Shown: positions 8,538 through 17,362, numbered from the stretch's first letter. The stretch is DNA of 64,000 nucleotides from Candidatus Beckwithbacteria bacterium GW2011_GWC1_49_16 (GCA_001029675.1 CP011210.1:256193-320192); one strand, 5' to 3'. Notes: generated by a model not told the origin, from the letters alone. Made by a program: numbers and translations.

Positions 8538-10067
8538 CTATTTTTCTCTTTGCTCTAATGACAGGGTGCCAAAATTGATTTTGGATTTTACAGGACCAAG
8601 AGGTTGCTGCAATTTTTGAAATTCAGGCACAAACATATATAGCCAACCTGGGTCAGATTCGTAGATAGAAAAGTGGGTTGGTTCAGATTGATCGGTTTTT
8701 TCAAGGAGGTCACTGCCGGTAATGCCAACTTGATCGGCGCCAACCCATTTGGGCAAATAACCATATTTTTGCTGGCCATACCAGGAGTAAAGATAAGCCC
8801 AAGTGGTGTTGTATTTATAAGGTGAAGTTAGGGTGGAAATGGAGAAGTTTTGTTTGTCGGCGGCTTGATAAGTGTAGTCAACCAGCTCGAGTAAACGGGA
8901 TAAGAAAGCTCCGTTTTGCACGGTGAAGATGTTAGAGTGAGATTGTCTGATTTGTTGAGCTGACTTAATGTTGGAGACAATAAACAAGATAGTGATTGAA
9001 CTGAGGCAGAAGGTTTTGAGCCAAGCTTGGTTTAGTTGTTTGAAAAGTAAGTACGAAAGAATGAGATAAAGAGCCGGTATTAGTCCGGTTAAAGAGTAGT
9101 AAGAAGCTCTGCCAGTGATTAGAAACATCAGTAAGGGACTGAATAGCCAAAGAACAAAAAAAACTTTCTTAGATGATGAAAGCTTTTTTAACAAGAAAAA
9201 AATTAAGGCGATTAAAATCAAAACAATTGAGAGGGTGGGGAAGGAAGGCAGAAGGGATAATTGGGCTTTTTGCAGATAAAGATTATAGATATTTTTAAGA
9301 ATACTCATTAGGCTAGGTTTTCCCCCTTCGTTAATATAGAAATCGCTAAGTTGATAAACATGATTAATGAGTAATTTGAGCTGAGTGAGAATCATAGTGC
9401 TGATAGCGATAAAGAAAATGGCCAATGATTTGAAGAAGTTTTTTGTGCCTAAAAAGAAGAAGTTTTTTTGCTTTAAGGTTTGGAAAAGGTAGATAGCTAA
9501 AGCAAGGCCGATTAAGTAAGTGGTGTAGAGGGTGGTTTGAATAGAAATGCCTAGGAATAGAGCAGTGAGGGGGAGGAATTTTTTTTGTTTTTTAAACAAG
9601 GATTGCCAAAGGTAATAGTGGAAGAAAGGGACAGACCAGGTAGTTAAGCTGGGAGCGCCGAGCCATGATCCGACTACAGCAGCGTCAACCGAGAAAGCAT
9701 AAAGCACAGAAGCCCAGATGCCAACTAGGCGAGATTGAAAGATTGTTTTACTAATTAAGAAGATGGGGATGACGGTTAGGGAACTTAAAAGGCTTAAGCC
9801 TAAAGTGGGGATTAATGGGTCACCGTGGGAGAGGGTGTATAAAGGGCCAATAACATAATAGTATAAAACACCGCCGTACAGTCTGTCGTTGGTGCTGCTG
9901 CTTGAAGGACCTTGAATTTTTAAATCTTTGTTTTCAAGAATTGATCGTGAAACGATGGCGTCTCGGGCTTGTTGAAAATAAAATTCAAAGTGATTATCCC
10001 TGATAAGATACCAGCGGAATAAGAAGCTTAGAGTGATTAAACTCACCAGAATGAGCTTTTGCCTCAT
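8538..10067 (-). CDS. polytopic membrane protein, possibly a GT-C-fold glycosyltransferase (ArnT/PMT-like), AT-rich
   Basis: 509 aa with at least 10 predicted TM helices and a loop-rich architecture. No confident motif. Confidence 0.35.
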   Translation of the reverse strand: MRQKLILVSLITLSFLFRWYLIRDNHFEFYFQQARDAIVSRSILENKDLKIQGPSSSSTNDRLYGGVLYYYVIGPLYTLSHGDPLIPTLGLSLLSSLTVIPIFLISKTIFQSRLVGIWASVLYAFSVDAAVVGSWLGAPSLTTWSVPFFHYYLWQSLFKKQKKFLPLTALFLGISIQTTLYTTYLIGLALAIYLFQTLKQKNFFFLGTKNFFKSLAIFFIAISTMILTQLKLLINHVYQLSDFYINEGGKPSLMSILKNIYNLYLQKAQLSLLPSFPTLSIVLILIALIFFLLKKLSSSKKVFFVLWLFSPLLMFLITGRASYYSLTGLIPALYLILSYLLFKQLNQAWLKTFCLSSITILFIVSNIKSAQQIRQSHSNIFTVQNGAFLSRLLELVDYTYQAADKQNFSISTLTSPYKYNTTWAYLYSWYGQQKYGYLPKWVGADQVGITGSDLLEKTDQSEPTHFSIYESDPGWLYMFVPEFQKLQQPLGPVKSKINFGTLSLEQREK

Positions 10068-10111
10068 TGAATGATTATAAAATTTTAGCTGGTTGGTTGC
10101 CAGCGGTATAG

Positions 10112-10194
10112 TGCTGGGGCCAGGGTTCGAACCTGGGTAGGCTTGCGCCGCGAGTTTTACAGACTCGTGTGTTTGACCACTCCACCACCCCAGC
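10112..10194 (-). tRNA. tRNA-Tyr (anticodon GUA), type II with a long variable arm
   Basis: Reverse complement is GCTGGGGTGGTGGAGTGGTCAAACACACGAGTCTGTAAAACTCGCGGCGCAAGCCTACCCAGGTTCGAACCCTGGCCCCAGCA. Confidence 0.85.
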
Positions 10195-10225
10195 GTGAGA
10201 ATATTTTAGCAGATTTTGTTTGGGG

Positions 10226-10299
10226 AGCCGCCTTTCGGATTCGAACCGAAGACCTGCTGTTTACAAAACAGCTGCTCTGGCCGGCTGAGCTAAGGCGGC
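10226..10299 (-). tRNA. tRNA-Thr (anticodon UGU)
   Basis: Reverse complement is GCCGCCTTAGCTCAGCCGGCCAGAGCAGCTGTTTTGTAAACAGCAGGTCTTCGGTTCGAATCCGAAAGGCGGCT. Confidence 0.8.
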
Positions 10300-10320
10300 A
10301 TACAAAAAAATGCCCCACTC

Positions 10321-10458
10321 GGCCGATTTCTGGAAGTTGGTCCCCAGACAAAGTCCAGGAGGGGTAGGCTGAGCCGACGGCAAAAGCCTGTCGAGCTACT
10401 TCTCCGAGTGAATTTCATTCGGAGCTTTACGCCTCCCTTTACACAATCATTGAGGAGT
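10321..10458. other. GC-rich, highly self-complementary intergenic segment (candidate structured RNA or leader)
   Basis: Closing helix ctggaag...cttccag. Internal hairpins ccccagacaaagtccaggagggg, cgacggcaaaagcctgtcg and ctccgagtgaatttcattcggag. No ORF is present. Confidence 0.2.
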
Positions 10459-10528
10459 AACCTTCCAGAATGTCAACGAGCCTCGTAGGGCAGGGTCACG
10501 ATGGATATCGGACCAAAATCATTATATC

Positions 10529-11008
10529 ATGGTGTCAATAGCTATGGCTGAAGAAGGAAGAGTAGAAAGAGAAGTTTATTTAGAAAGTTTGTCTCAGTCT
10601 GACCGTGAGAACTTAGGCTTGATAATGACGGCTTTTCTCGATTATTTAGATACAGAAAATCTTACAGGAGAACTTCTGGTTGTCGGTGGAAGCGTTGTGC
10701 CTGAAACTAGAGGCACAAAGCGTAAAGACATTGATTTAGTGCCGTTGATTGATAACCAAAGCTCGTTTGAGGATTTTGAAAAATTGGTGACTTTTTTTCG
10801 TGACAAAACAGAATTTATGAAGATAAAGGTAATAAGGCCGATTATTGACGAGGAGTTTGGAGATCCGGAGATTTTAAGACATGATGGTTCGTTTATCTTA
10901 CTGCCGGACGAGGGGACACCTTTTGAATTTATTAGAATTGATCCAACCGTTGATAAGGGAGATCGTTTTTTTAGCGTGTTGTTACCTAAAGCAACAGGTT
11001 CAAAATAA
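10529..11008 (+). CDS. minimal nucleotidyltransferase (Pol-beta superfamily, MNT-like)
   Basis: VVGGSVVPETRGTKRKDIDLV matches the GS-x11-DxD nucleotidyltransferase signature; 159 aa. Confidence 0.5.
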   Translation: MVSIAMAEEGRVEREVYLESLSQSDRENLGLIMTAFLDYLDTENLTGELLVVGGSVVPETRGTKRKDIDLVPLIDNQSSFEDFEKLVTFFRDKTEFMKIKVIRPIIDEEFGDPEILRHDGSFILLPDEGTPFEFIRIDPTVDKGDRFFSVLLPKATGSK

Positions 11009-11597
11009 ACTGGATAGGGGGCAGAATTAGGTTGATCGCCAAGGAGTTGCCGCCGATGGGAAGAATGAGCAGGATCAGTAGCAGCATGCCGTAGTCGCGC
11101 ATAAAGGAGTTATACTCGTCGGCCCAGTCCATCGGTAAAATACCGTAGAGGATTTTAGAGCCGTCAAGCGGGGGGACGGGTAGGAGGTTAAAGATAGCCA
11201 GGTTGACGTTGATGATGATCACCGGAACAAGTAGGGCAGTCAAAAGCGAGGCGGGGGCGAGTTTCATAATAAAAGATAAGACGACAGCTAAGGCGATATT
11301 GCTGGCCGGGCCGGCAAGAGAAATTAAGGCCGAGTCGCGTTTGGGGTGAGCCAGGTTAAAAGGATCAAAAGGCACCGGTTTGCCCCAGCCAAAGCGAAAA
11401 AGGAGTAACATGATCGTGCCGACTGGGTCAAGATGAGCCAGTGGGTTTAAGCTGACGCGGCCCGAAAGTCTTGCCGTGGGGTCGCCCAAGCGGTCGGCGA
11501 CAAAGGCGTGGGCAAATTCGTGGATGGTAACGGCGATGACCAGGCTTGCCGCCCAGACGAGAAAGAGGATAGGATTTGAGAGTAACTCGGTTAACAT
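10986..11597 (-). CDS. site-2 protease family (M50) zinc metalloprotease, small form
   Basis: HEFAHAFVA (HExxH) and NLLPVPPLDGSKIL (LDG motif); multiple TM segments. Confidence 0.7.
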   Translation of the reverse strand: MLTELLSNPILFLVWAASLVIAVTIHEFAHAFVADRLGDPTARLSGRVSLNPLAHLDPVGTIMLLLFRFGWGKPVPFDPFNLAHPKRDSALISLAGPASNIALAVVLSFIMKLAPASLLTALLVPVIIINVNLAIFNLLPVPPLDGSKILYGILPMDWADEYNSFMRDYGMLLLILLILPIGGNSLAINLILPPIQFILNLLL

Positions 11598-11629
11598 AAT
11601 ATAGATAGTATGTTATCATACTCCCCAAT

Positions 11630-11821
11630 ATGGCTTTAAAGTGTGACAACTGCGGCAAGGGAGTCCAGCACGGCAATTACGTTTCCCACGCCAAAAACCG
11701 AACCAAAAGAACTTTTAGGCCCAATTTGAAAAGGGTGACTTTAAAAATTGACGGCGCCAAAAAGATAATGACGCTTTGCGCTAAGTGCGTCAAGCTTTTA
11801 AAGAAGCGGGCCTATAAGTAG
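11630..11821 (+). CDS. rpmB: 50S ribosomal protein L28
   Basis: [36 protein letters not shown] matches the L28 consensus. Confidence 0.85.
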   Translation: MALKCDNCGKGVQHGNYVSHAKNRTKRTFRPNLKRVTLKIDGAKKIMTLCAKCVKLLKKRAYK

Positions 11822-12384
11822 AGCCGGTTTTGTTTGATGTAGCGGGCAACTTTTGAGGGAACTAAGTGTTTGATCGACAGTTGGGCTTTGAGTCTTTTGC
11901 GCACCATGGTGGAGGAGATGTTGGTGACGATTTGCAGCGGGTGGGTTAGGGGTTTCATGCCCGGTTTTAATGGTTTTAAGGGAAAGCCGGCTCGGGGATA
12001 AACGTAAAAAGGCATGAGTTTGAGTAAGGTCTGCCACTGGGGCCAGGAAGTAAAGTTTTTTAGGTTATCAGAACCCATCAAAAAAGAGAACCGGTGTCGG
12101 GGATGCTTTTTTTTGAGGAAAGTAATGTGGTCAATGGTGTTGCCGGACATTTTATTATCAATGACACAGGTTTCGGTTTTAACCTGGCTGTTTTCGAGCA
12201 TTCGAGCCATGCTCAAGCGGTGTTTGACCGGAGCCAGATGAGAATTTTTGGCAAAAGAATGCTGGTAGTCGGGAAGCAGCCAGATTTGGTTGAGGTCTTT
12301 GATTAATTCAAAGGCCTGAGACAGGACTAGCTGGTGGCCTAAGTGGGCCGGATTAAAGGAGCCGCCAAAGAGGGTGACGTTCAT
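11812..12384 (-). CDS. nadD: nicotinate-nucleotide adenylyltransferase
   Basis: [12 protein letters not shown] (HxGH-type nucleotidyltransferase motif). Confidence 0.8.
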   Translation of the reverse strand: MNVTLFGGSFNPAHLGHQLVLSQAFELIKDLNQIWLLPDYQHSFAKNSHLAPVKHRLSMARMLENSQVKTETCVIDNKMSGNTIDHITFLKKKHPRHRFSFLMGSDNLKNFTSWPQWQTLLKLMPFYVYPRAGFPLKPLKPGMKPLTHPLQIVTNISSTMVRKRLKAQLSIKHLVPSKVARYIKQNRLYL

Positions 12385-12388
12385 GGGG

Positions 12389-13084
12389 TTATTTTAGCAG
12401 ATGGGAGTAGCCGTTTTTGAATTGTTTGAGGCTGATCGGGTTTTTGCCCTCAAGTTGGACCATATTTTTAGGCAACAGCTTTAGTATTTTACCATTAGGC
12501 ATGGTTGTCCAAACCCCCGGCCAAGGATAAAAAGCCCGGATTTTTTTGTCGTCAACGCCGTGTTTAAACTCTTCCCAGGAAACAAAACCGTCTTTTTTAG
12601 TGAATTTGTGGCAGTATGGGGTAGGCGAATCTTTCGGTTGCGGCCTCGAGGTGATTTTGCCTTCGATATAATCGGGCAAGGTTGATATTAAAAGCTTAGC
12701 CCCTTCGGTAAAACAGCGCCTAAGCAGGCTTTTGACGGTGTCTTGAAGCAGGATTTTGACCGGTTTTTGGGCGACGATCGGGCCTTGATCAAACTCCTCA
12801 ACCATCTTGATAATCGATATCCCCGACTCTTTTGCTCCATTTAATATTTGGTAAGGCGCGGGAGTGGCGCCGCGGTAAGCCGGAAGAAGCGAGGGGTGAA
12901 GATTTAGCCCGCCGAACTTGATTTTCTCAAGAGTTTCTTGGGAGATTTTCTGGCCGTAGTCGGCCACGACGATCAGCTGGGCGCTTTTAAGGTTGTCAAC
13001 CAGCCTGTAACCGGCCTTTTCCAAGGCGCTTTTAACAATTTGCGAGTTCTCCGACGAGCCGAAAAAAAGAAGGTTAGGCTTCAT
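12389..13084 (-). CDS. fmt: methionyl-tRNA formyltransferase (short form)
   Basis: NLHPSLLPAYRGATP formyltransferase motif; adjacent to def; only 231 aa, so the C-terminal domain is reduced. Confidence 0.7.
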   Translation of the reverse strand: MKPNLLFFGSSENSQIVKSALEKAGYRLVDNLKSAQLIVVADYGQKISQETLEKIKFGGLNLHPSLLPAYRGATPAPYQILNGAKESGISIIKMVEEFDQGPIVAQKPVKILLQDTVKSLLRRCFTEGAKLLISTLPDYIEGKITSRPQPKDSPTPYCHKFTKKDGFVSWEEFKHGVDDKKIRAFYPWPGVWTTMPNGKILKLLPKNMVQLEGKNPISLKQFKNGYSHLLK

Positions 13085-13647
13085 ATTTTGGGAAAGTGTT
13101 CGGCGAGGGAAACCGGGTGGAAGTCGCCCTTTGTGTCGGACTTATAAAGCTGGTGGCCGGAGTGCTTCAAGTGATCGATGAACAAAATGCCGTTTAAATG
13201 GTCGAGTTCGTGGGCAAAGTAGGAAGAATGGGGCGGAGTCAGGGTTTTTTGTTTGAGTAAGCCCTTTAGGTTCATGTAGCTGACTTTGATTTTGATTGGC
13301 CGGTCGATAAAGCCCCAGTAATTTTCTATCGACAGGCAGCCTTCAAGAAAACGGGCCTTTTGGGGTAAGCTCGAGAGGGTTTTTGAAGAAGCTTTGACGA
13401 TTTTAGGGTTGACGACGATTTCGTAGCGTCCTTCTGGCATTTTGACCACAAAGATGCGGTAGAGCTGGTTAACTTGGTTTGAAGCCAGCCCCACGCCCAG
13501 GGGTTTTCCCCGGCGCGGCACCAGGGTTTTTAAAAGCTCTTGGCCAAACTCAAGAATTTCCGGGGTGAACTCGGTTACCGGCCGGGCTTTTTTTCTCAAG
13601 GCCGGGTGGGGGTATTGGACAATGGTGAACATGATGGTATTATACAA
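13081..13647 (-). CDS. def: peptide deformylase
   Basis: GVGLASNQV, EGCLS and HELDHLNG motifs (GxGLAAxQ, EGCLS, HExxH). Confidence 0.85.
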   Translation of the reverse strand: MYNTIMFTIVQYPHPALRKKARPVTEFTPEILEFGQELLKTLVPRRGKPLGVGLASNQVNQLYRIFVVKMPEGRYEIVVNPKIVKASSKTLSSLPQKARFLEGCLSIENYWGFIDRPIKIKVSYMNLKGLLKQKTLTPPHSSYFAHELDHLNGILFIDHLKHSGHQLYKSDTKGDFHPVSLAEHFPKI

Positions 13648-13861
13648 TTATGGTAACTGTAGGTAAGAGACCAGAAGATTTACAAGCCGAAGATCAAAGA
13701 GACGGCTTTTTTGCCCGACTAGGCAAGAGATTTGGAATTAAAGTGTCCTCTCCGGAAGCGCGTGAAGAGGTTTTAAGAAATCCTAGGGGTTCGAGAGATA
13801 TAGAGGCTGGAAAGAGAGAGGGAGGACAATTTAACCCCCCAGGGGTGGGAGAGAGAAAGGG

Positions 13862-15985
13862 TTAGAGTTCTTCCAGCTTGTCTTTGACGGTTTGGTTGGC
13901 GGGATTTAAGTAATCAAGGATGTATTGGTATTGAACGCGGGCCAGATCGAGTTGGCCGGCGTCTTGATAAAGGGAACCTAGGGCAAAACGGGCGGCTTCG
14001 TAGTTTGGTTTTAAGTCGATGGTTTTTTCCAGAATTTGTTGGGCCAGGCCGTTTTGACCCATTTGCACGTACAAAAGCCCTAGGTTGTAGTAGAGTTTGG
14101 CGTCGGTGGGCGAAAGCCTTAGGGTAGTTTCAAAGGCAGACAGAGCCTGCCCCCGGTAGTTTTCGTCGATGGTGGATAAAAGCAGGAAAATCTGGATGCG
14201 GGACTTCCAGTAGTTGAGGTGAACTTGGTTTTGTTGGTTGACAACATCGATTTGGGAGACGGCCTCTTTGACCATCTGGTCGCGGACGGTAGCGGCTTGG
14301 GTGGCCAAGACAGGGTCGGAATCGGTAAGTGTCTGTTGGTGGTAAAGAACGGCCAGTTTGGCGGCGGCCTCGGCGTACTCGGAGCGGAACAACGGCTCGT
14401 CAGGTTGGCTGTCGACGGACTGCTTGAGGGTGAGAAAGCCGTTTAAGATTTGGTCGGCGGCAACAAGGTTTTTACCGGTGTTGAAAGCGACGTCGGCGCG
14501 CCACATGGTAACCAGACCGAAAGCAAAGTAGGCGGCGGTTAGCCAGGCGGCGGTAAGGAAAAGGGATTGTTGGTTGTTGAGGGCTGATGGTTGAGTCGCT
14601 TGGTCGGTTTGAGGGGAAGTGAGGGAAAAAGCCAGTGCCGGCCACAAAAAGAAAAACAAAGACACGGGGACGACGGCAAAGCCGAAGAAGTTGGAGACGG
14701 ATAAGCCGATAAAGCCTGCCAGCAGGGCAATTTTCAATTCCCAATTTTCAATTTTCAAACTTTTTAGACACCAAATTGTAAACCAAATTTGCAGCAGCAA
14801 ATAGCTGCCTAAGCCAAAAATGCCCGTGGTAGCTAAAAAATTAAGGTATTCGTTGTGGGCTTTGTTGTAAAGAAAGTCCCATTCGGAAAGAAGGTTGTGG
14901 GCTTGGGGTTTGAAGTTGTAGTAGGAGTAGGCAAAAGTTTCTACGCCCGAACCAAACCAGGGGTAGGCGCGCCAGACATCAAGCGCCCCCTGCCAAACCA
15001 CGTTTCTTATTTCCTGGGAACTGGAGCCGCCCAAGGTAATGGCCGGAGGGGCAATCTCGTTTCCACCGTCCGAGGAGTCACTTCGTGCCACCTCGGAGGA
15101 GGAAACTTCAACACCACTCCGGGAGCGGAGAAACTCTTTGAAAGTGGGGGTCAAGTCGGTGCCGACGAGGCCGGCGATTAGGGCTAAAGCGGCGCTGGTG
15201 AGTAAAAACTTTTTCCAGGGAAAAGATTTAATTTTTTGCTTAAATAAAATTAAGATCCAGAAGACGGAGTAGGCGACGGCCAGCCCGGCCAGGCCGGAGC
15301 GGGATTTGGTGTAGAGCAAAGTGAGGTAGAAAGCCGTAATCAGTAAACCGTAAACGGTAATTTGTAATTTTGTTCTGGCTTTTAAGAAAAAGGCCAGGGC
15401 GACGGGGATGAGGGTTAAAAGATAGGCGGCCAGCCAGTTGGGTTGGCCCAGGGTGGAAAAAACCCGGTTTTTGACGTCCTGGATCCAGACGTGTTCGTCG
15501 ATGCCGAAGTGCTCTAAGATGCCATAGAGGGAAACTATCAGGGCGGTGGTCAGGGTGACTTTTAAAAATTTTTTGGTAAAGCGGGGCGAGGCAAGGTTTG
15601 AGATATAGGCATAGTAGAGGGTGAGGTAGCTCGCGGTGGACACAAGGCCGCCGTTGAAGCGGGAGTAATAGCCCCAAAGCGAAGTGTGGCGGTCGATGGA
15701 AAATACGGTTGAAACAAGTTGGGAGAGGAAAAATAGAAGTATTGGAATATCAAACGGGGTGCGCCTGAAAATCAAGCGCCGGGCGAGGATCATTTTGCTC
15801 ACCCAGGCGGCGGCGATAACCAGGGTGAAAAAATAAACTGCCAGAATCTTGTTAAACTCAAAGAGTTCGTAGTTAACCGGCGTTAAAATCAGGGGAACGA
15901 TGATGGTCAGAGCGTAAAAGGAGGCGCGGATGATTTGGTCGAGACGATGATTCAAGCTCATTGCTGCCAGTATAACATGATACAA
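13862..15985 (-). CDS. O-antigen ligase (Wzy_C) family membrane protein with C-terminal TPR repeats
   Basis: Many TM helices; C-terminal TPR-like repeats (AKLYYNLGLLYVQMGQ...). Confidence 0.6.
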   Translation of the reverse strand: MYHVILAAMSLNHRLDQIIRASFYALTIIVPLILTPVNYELFEFNKILAVYFFTLVIAAAWVSKMILARRLIFRRTPFDIPILLFFLSQLVSTVFSIDRHTSLWGYYSRFNGGLVSTASYLTLYYAYISNLASPRFTKKFLKVTLTTALIVSLYGILEHFGIDEHVWIQDVKNRVFSTLGQPNWLAAYLLTLIPVALAFFLKARTKLQITVYGLLITAFYLTLLYTKSRSGLAGLAVAYSVFWILILFKQKIKSFPWKKFLLTSAALALIAGLVGTDLTPTFKEFLRSRSGVEVSSSEVARSDSSDGGNEIAPPAITLGGSSSQEIRNVVWQGALDVWRAYPWFGSGVETFAYSYYNFKPQAHNLLSEWDFLYNKAHNEYLNFLATTGIFGLGSYLLLQIWFTIWCLKSLKIENWELKIALLAGFIGLSVSNFFGFAVVPVSLFFFLWPALAFSLTSPQTDQATQPSALNNQQSLFLTAAWLTAAYFAFGLVTMWRADVAFNTGKNLVAADQILNGFLTLKQSVDSQPDEPLFRSEYAEAAAKLAVLYHQQTLTDSDPVLATQAATVRDQMVKEAVSQIDVVNQQNQVHLNYWKSRIQIFLLLSTIDENYRGQALSAFETTLRLSPTDAKLYYNLGLLYVQMGQNGLAQQILEKTIDLKPNYEAARFALGSLYQDAGQLDLARVQYQYILDYLNPANQTVKDKLEEL

Positions 15986-16018
15986 TTTCTAATTGACCTA
16001 ATTTTTAATTAACCTAAG

Positions 16019-17068
16019 ATGAAATTTATCAATCTTTTTCGGCTGGTGGGGAGTGAGTTGGCGGTGGATTTGGGAACGGCCAACACGGTGATCTTTGTCA
16101 CCGGTAAAGGGGTGGTGGTGCGCGAACCGACGGTGGTGGCCAGGAGAAAGAAATCCAAAGAACTTTTGGCGGTAGGGGGCGAGGCTAAAAAAATGCTGGG
16201 GAAAAACCCGGAAGAGATCGAGGTGGTCAAGCCTTTGGTCGATGGCGTGATTGCCGATTTTGACGCGGCCACCGACATGCTCAAATATTACTTTAGACAG
16301 CTTAGCCAGCACGGAGGGATCATTCCCCGGTTGTCGGGGCCAAAAGTCTTGGTGGGGATTCCCTCGGGGGTGACCGAGGTAGAAAAGCGGGCGGTGCAGG
16401 AAGCCGCGCTTAGCGCCGGCGCCCGCCAAGCCTTACTGGTGGAGGAGCCGATGGCGGCGGCGATCGGTTCGGGGCTGTCGGTAGAAAAGGCCGACGGCCA
16501 GCTGGTGGTGGACGTGGGCGGCGGTACCACCGAGATCGCAGTGGTGAGTTTGGCCGGGATAGTCATCAACAAATCGTTAAGGGTGGCAGGATCGGAAATG
16601 GACGAGGCGATCGTCAAGTCGACGAGGTTAAAGCACGGGCTACTCCTGGGGGAGGCGACGGCCGAGGAAGTGAAGATGGCCATCGGCAGCGCGGTACCGT
16701 TTCCCAGCGAAAAAAGCTATGTGGTGCGGGGAAGAAATTTGGAGAAGGGTTTACCCAAGTCGTTGAAGCTGGTAAGCGGCGAGGTAAGAGAGGCATTGGC
16801 GGGGGTGGTGCGCGAGATCGTGGCGGCGGTGGCGGGGACGATCGAGGAGACGCCGCCGGAGTTGGTGGCGGACATTTTAAAACACGGTATCGTTTTGTCG
16901 GGAGGCGGAGCCCAGCTTTATGGCATCGACAAGGTGATTGCTGAGGAAACTAGGATGCCGGTGTGGATGGTCGACGACCCCCAAGATGCGGTGGTCAGGG
17001 GCCTGGCGAAATTACTCCGAAACGGCAAACTTTTGGAGCAGGTTAAGGTGACAAGAGGCTTACGCTAA
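16019..17068 (+). CDS. mreB: rod shape-determining protein MreB
   Basis: DLGTANTVI actin-fold phosphate-1 motif; 349 aa. Confidence 0.9.
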   Translation: MKFINLFRLVGSELAVDLGTANTVIFVTGKGVVVREPTVVARRKKSKELLAVGGEAKKMLGKNPEEIEVVKPLVDGVIADFDAATDMLKYYFRQLSQHGGIIPRLSGPKVLVGIPSGVTEVEKRAVQEAALSAGARQALLVEEPMAAAIGSGLSVEKADGQLVVDVGGGTTEIAVVSLAGIVINKSLRVAGSEMDEAIVKSTRLKHGLLLGEATAEEVKMAIGSAVPFPSEKSYVVRGRNLEKGLPKSLKLVSGEVREALAGVVREIVAAVAGTIEETPPELVADILKHGIVLSGGGAQLYGIDKVIAEETRMPVWMVDDPQDAVVRGLAKLLRNGKLLEQVKVTRGLR

Positions 17069-17362
17069 ATTATTCTAATTACTAATTCCTAATTACTAAC
17101 TAAACACCAAAAAACCAATTACCAATGAACAAAGGGTTTGATTTGGAAGAAAGAACGGCTAAGTTTGGCGAAAAAGTGATACTGGTTAAATGCGCTACCA
17201 GCATTGGAGCCAATTACTGTGAAGCAGATGATGCGGAAAGCAGGAAAGACTTCAAACACAAAATTAAATCTTATTTTCAACTCAATTTATAAAAAGTTGT
17301 GAATTAGTTATTGGGTAATTTTGAATTTGTTAGAAATTAGATCAATTAGAAATTAGATATTG
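17068..17362. mobile_element. MITE-like element: remnant four-helix-bundle ORF flanked by imperfect inverted repeats of about 32 bp
   Basis: The left end (17068-17100, aattattctaattactaattcctaattactaac) is close to the reverse complement of the right end (17329-17362, gttagaaattagatcaattagaaattagatatt). Confidence 0.45.
17125..17292 (+). pseudogene. truncated four-helix-bundle protein (23S rRNA intervening-sequence protein family) remnant, 55 aa
   Basis: MNKGFDLEERTAKFGEKVILVKCATSIGANYCEADDAESRKDFKHKIKSYF matches the conserved SIGANYxEA...SxKDFxHK core but is internally deleted and C-terminally truncated. Confidence 0.5.

Noticed and set aside
10143-10367. 74-aa and 64-aa ORFs on both strands
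   Set aside because: They overlap tRNA-Tyr and tRNA-Thr(UGU); they are artefacts of translating tRNA genes.
10300-10528. SRP RNA, RNase P RNA, tmRNA or 6S RNA
   Set aside because: I could not find the SRP helix-8 GGAAGGAAGCAGC motif, the RNase P P4 and CR motifs, or a tmRNA tRNA-like domain. The segment is too short for RNase P. It is kept only as an unassigned structured region.
13650-13865. 71-aa plus-strand ORF between def and the O-antigen-ligase-like gene
   Set aside because: Low-complexity product; it occupies the upstream (promoter) region of def on the opposite strand and has no RBS.
14715-14760. CRISPR-like short repeats (ccaattttcaa)
   Set aside because: Only 2-3 copies, contiguous without spacers, located inside coding sequence. 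There is no CRISPR architecture and no cas genes in the window.
15998-16683. 143-aa and 131-aa minus-strand ORFs
   Set aside because: Shadow ORFs antisense to mreB.
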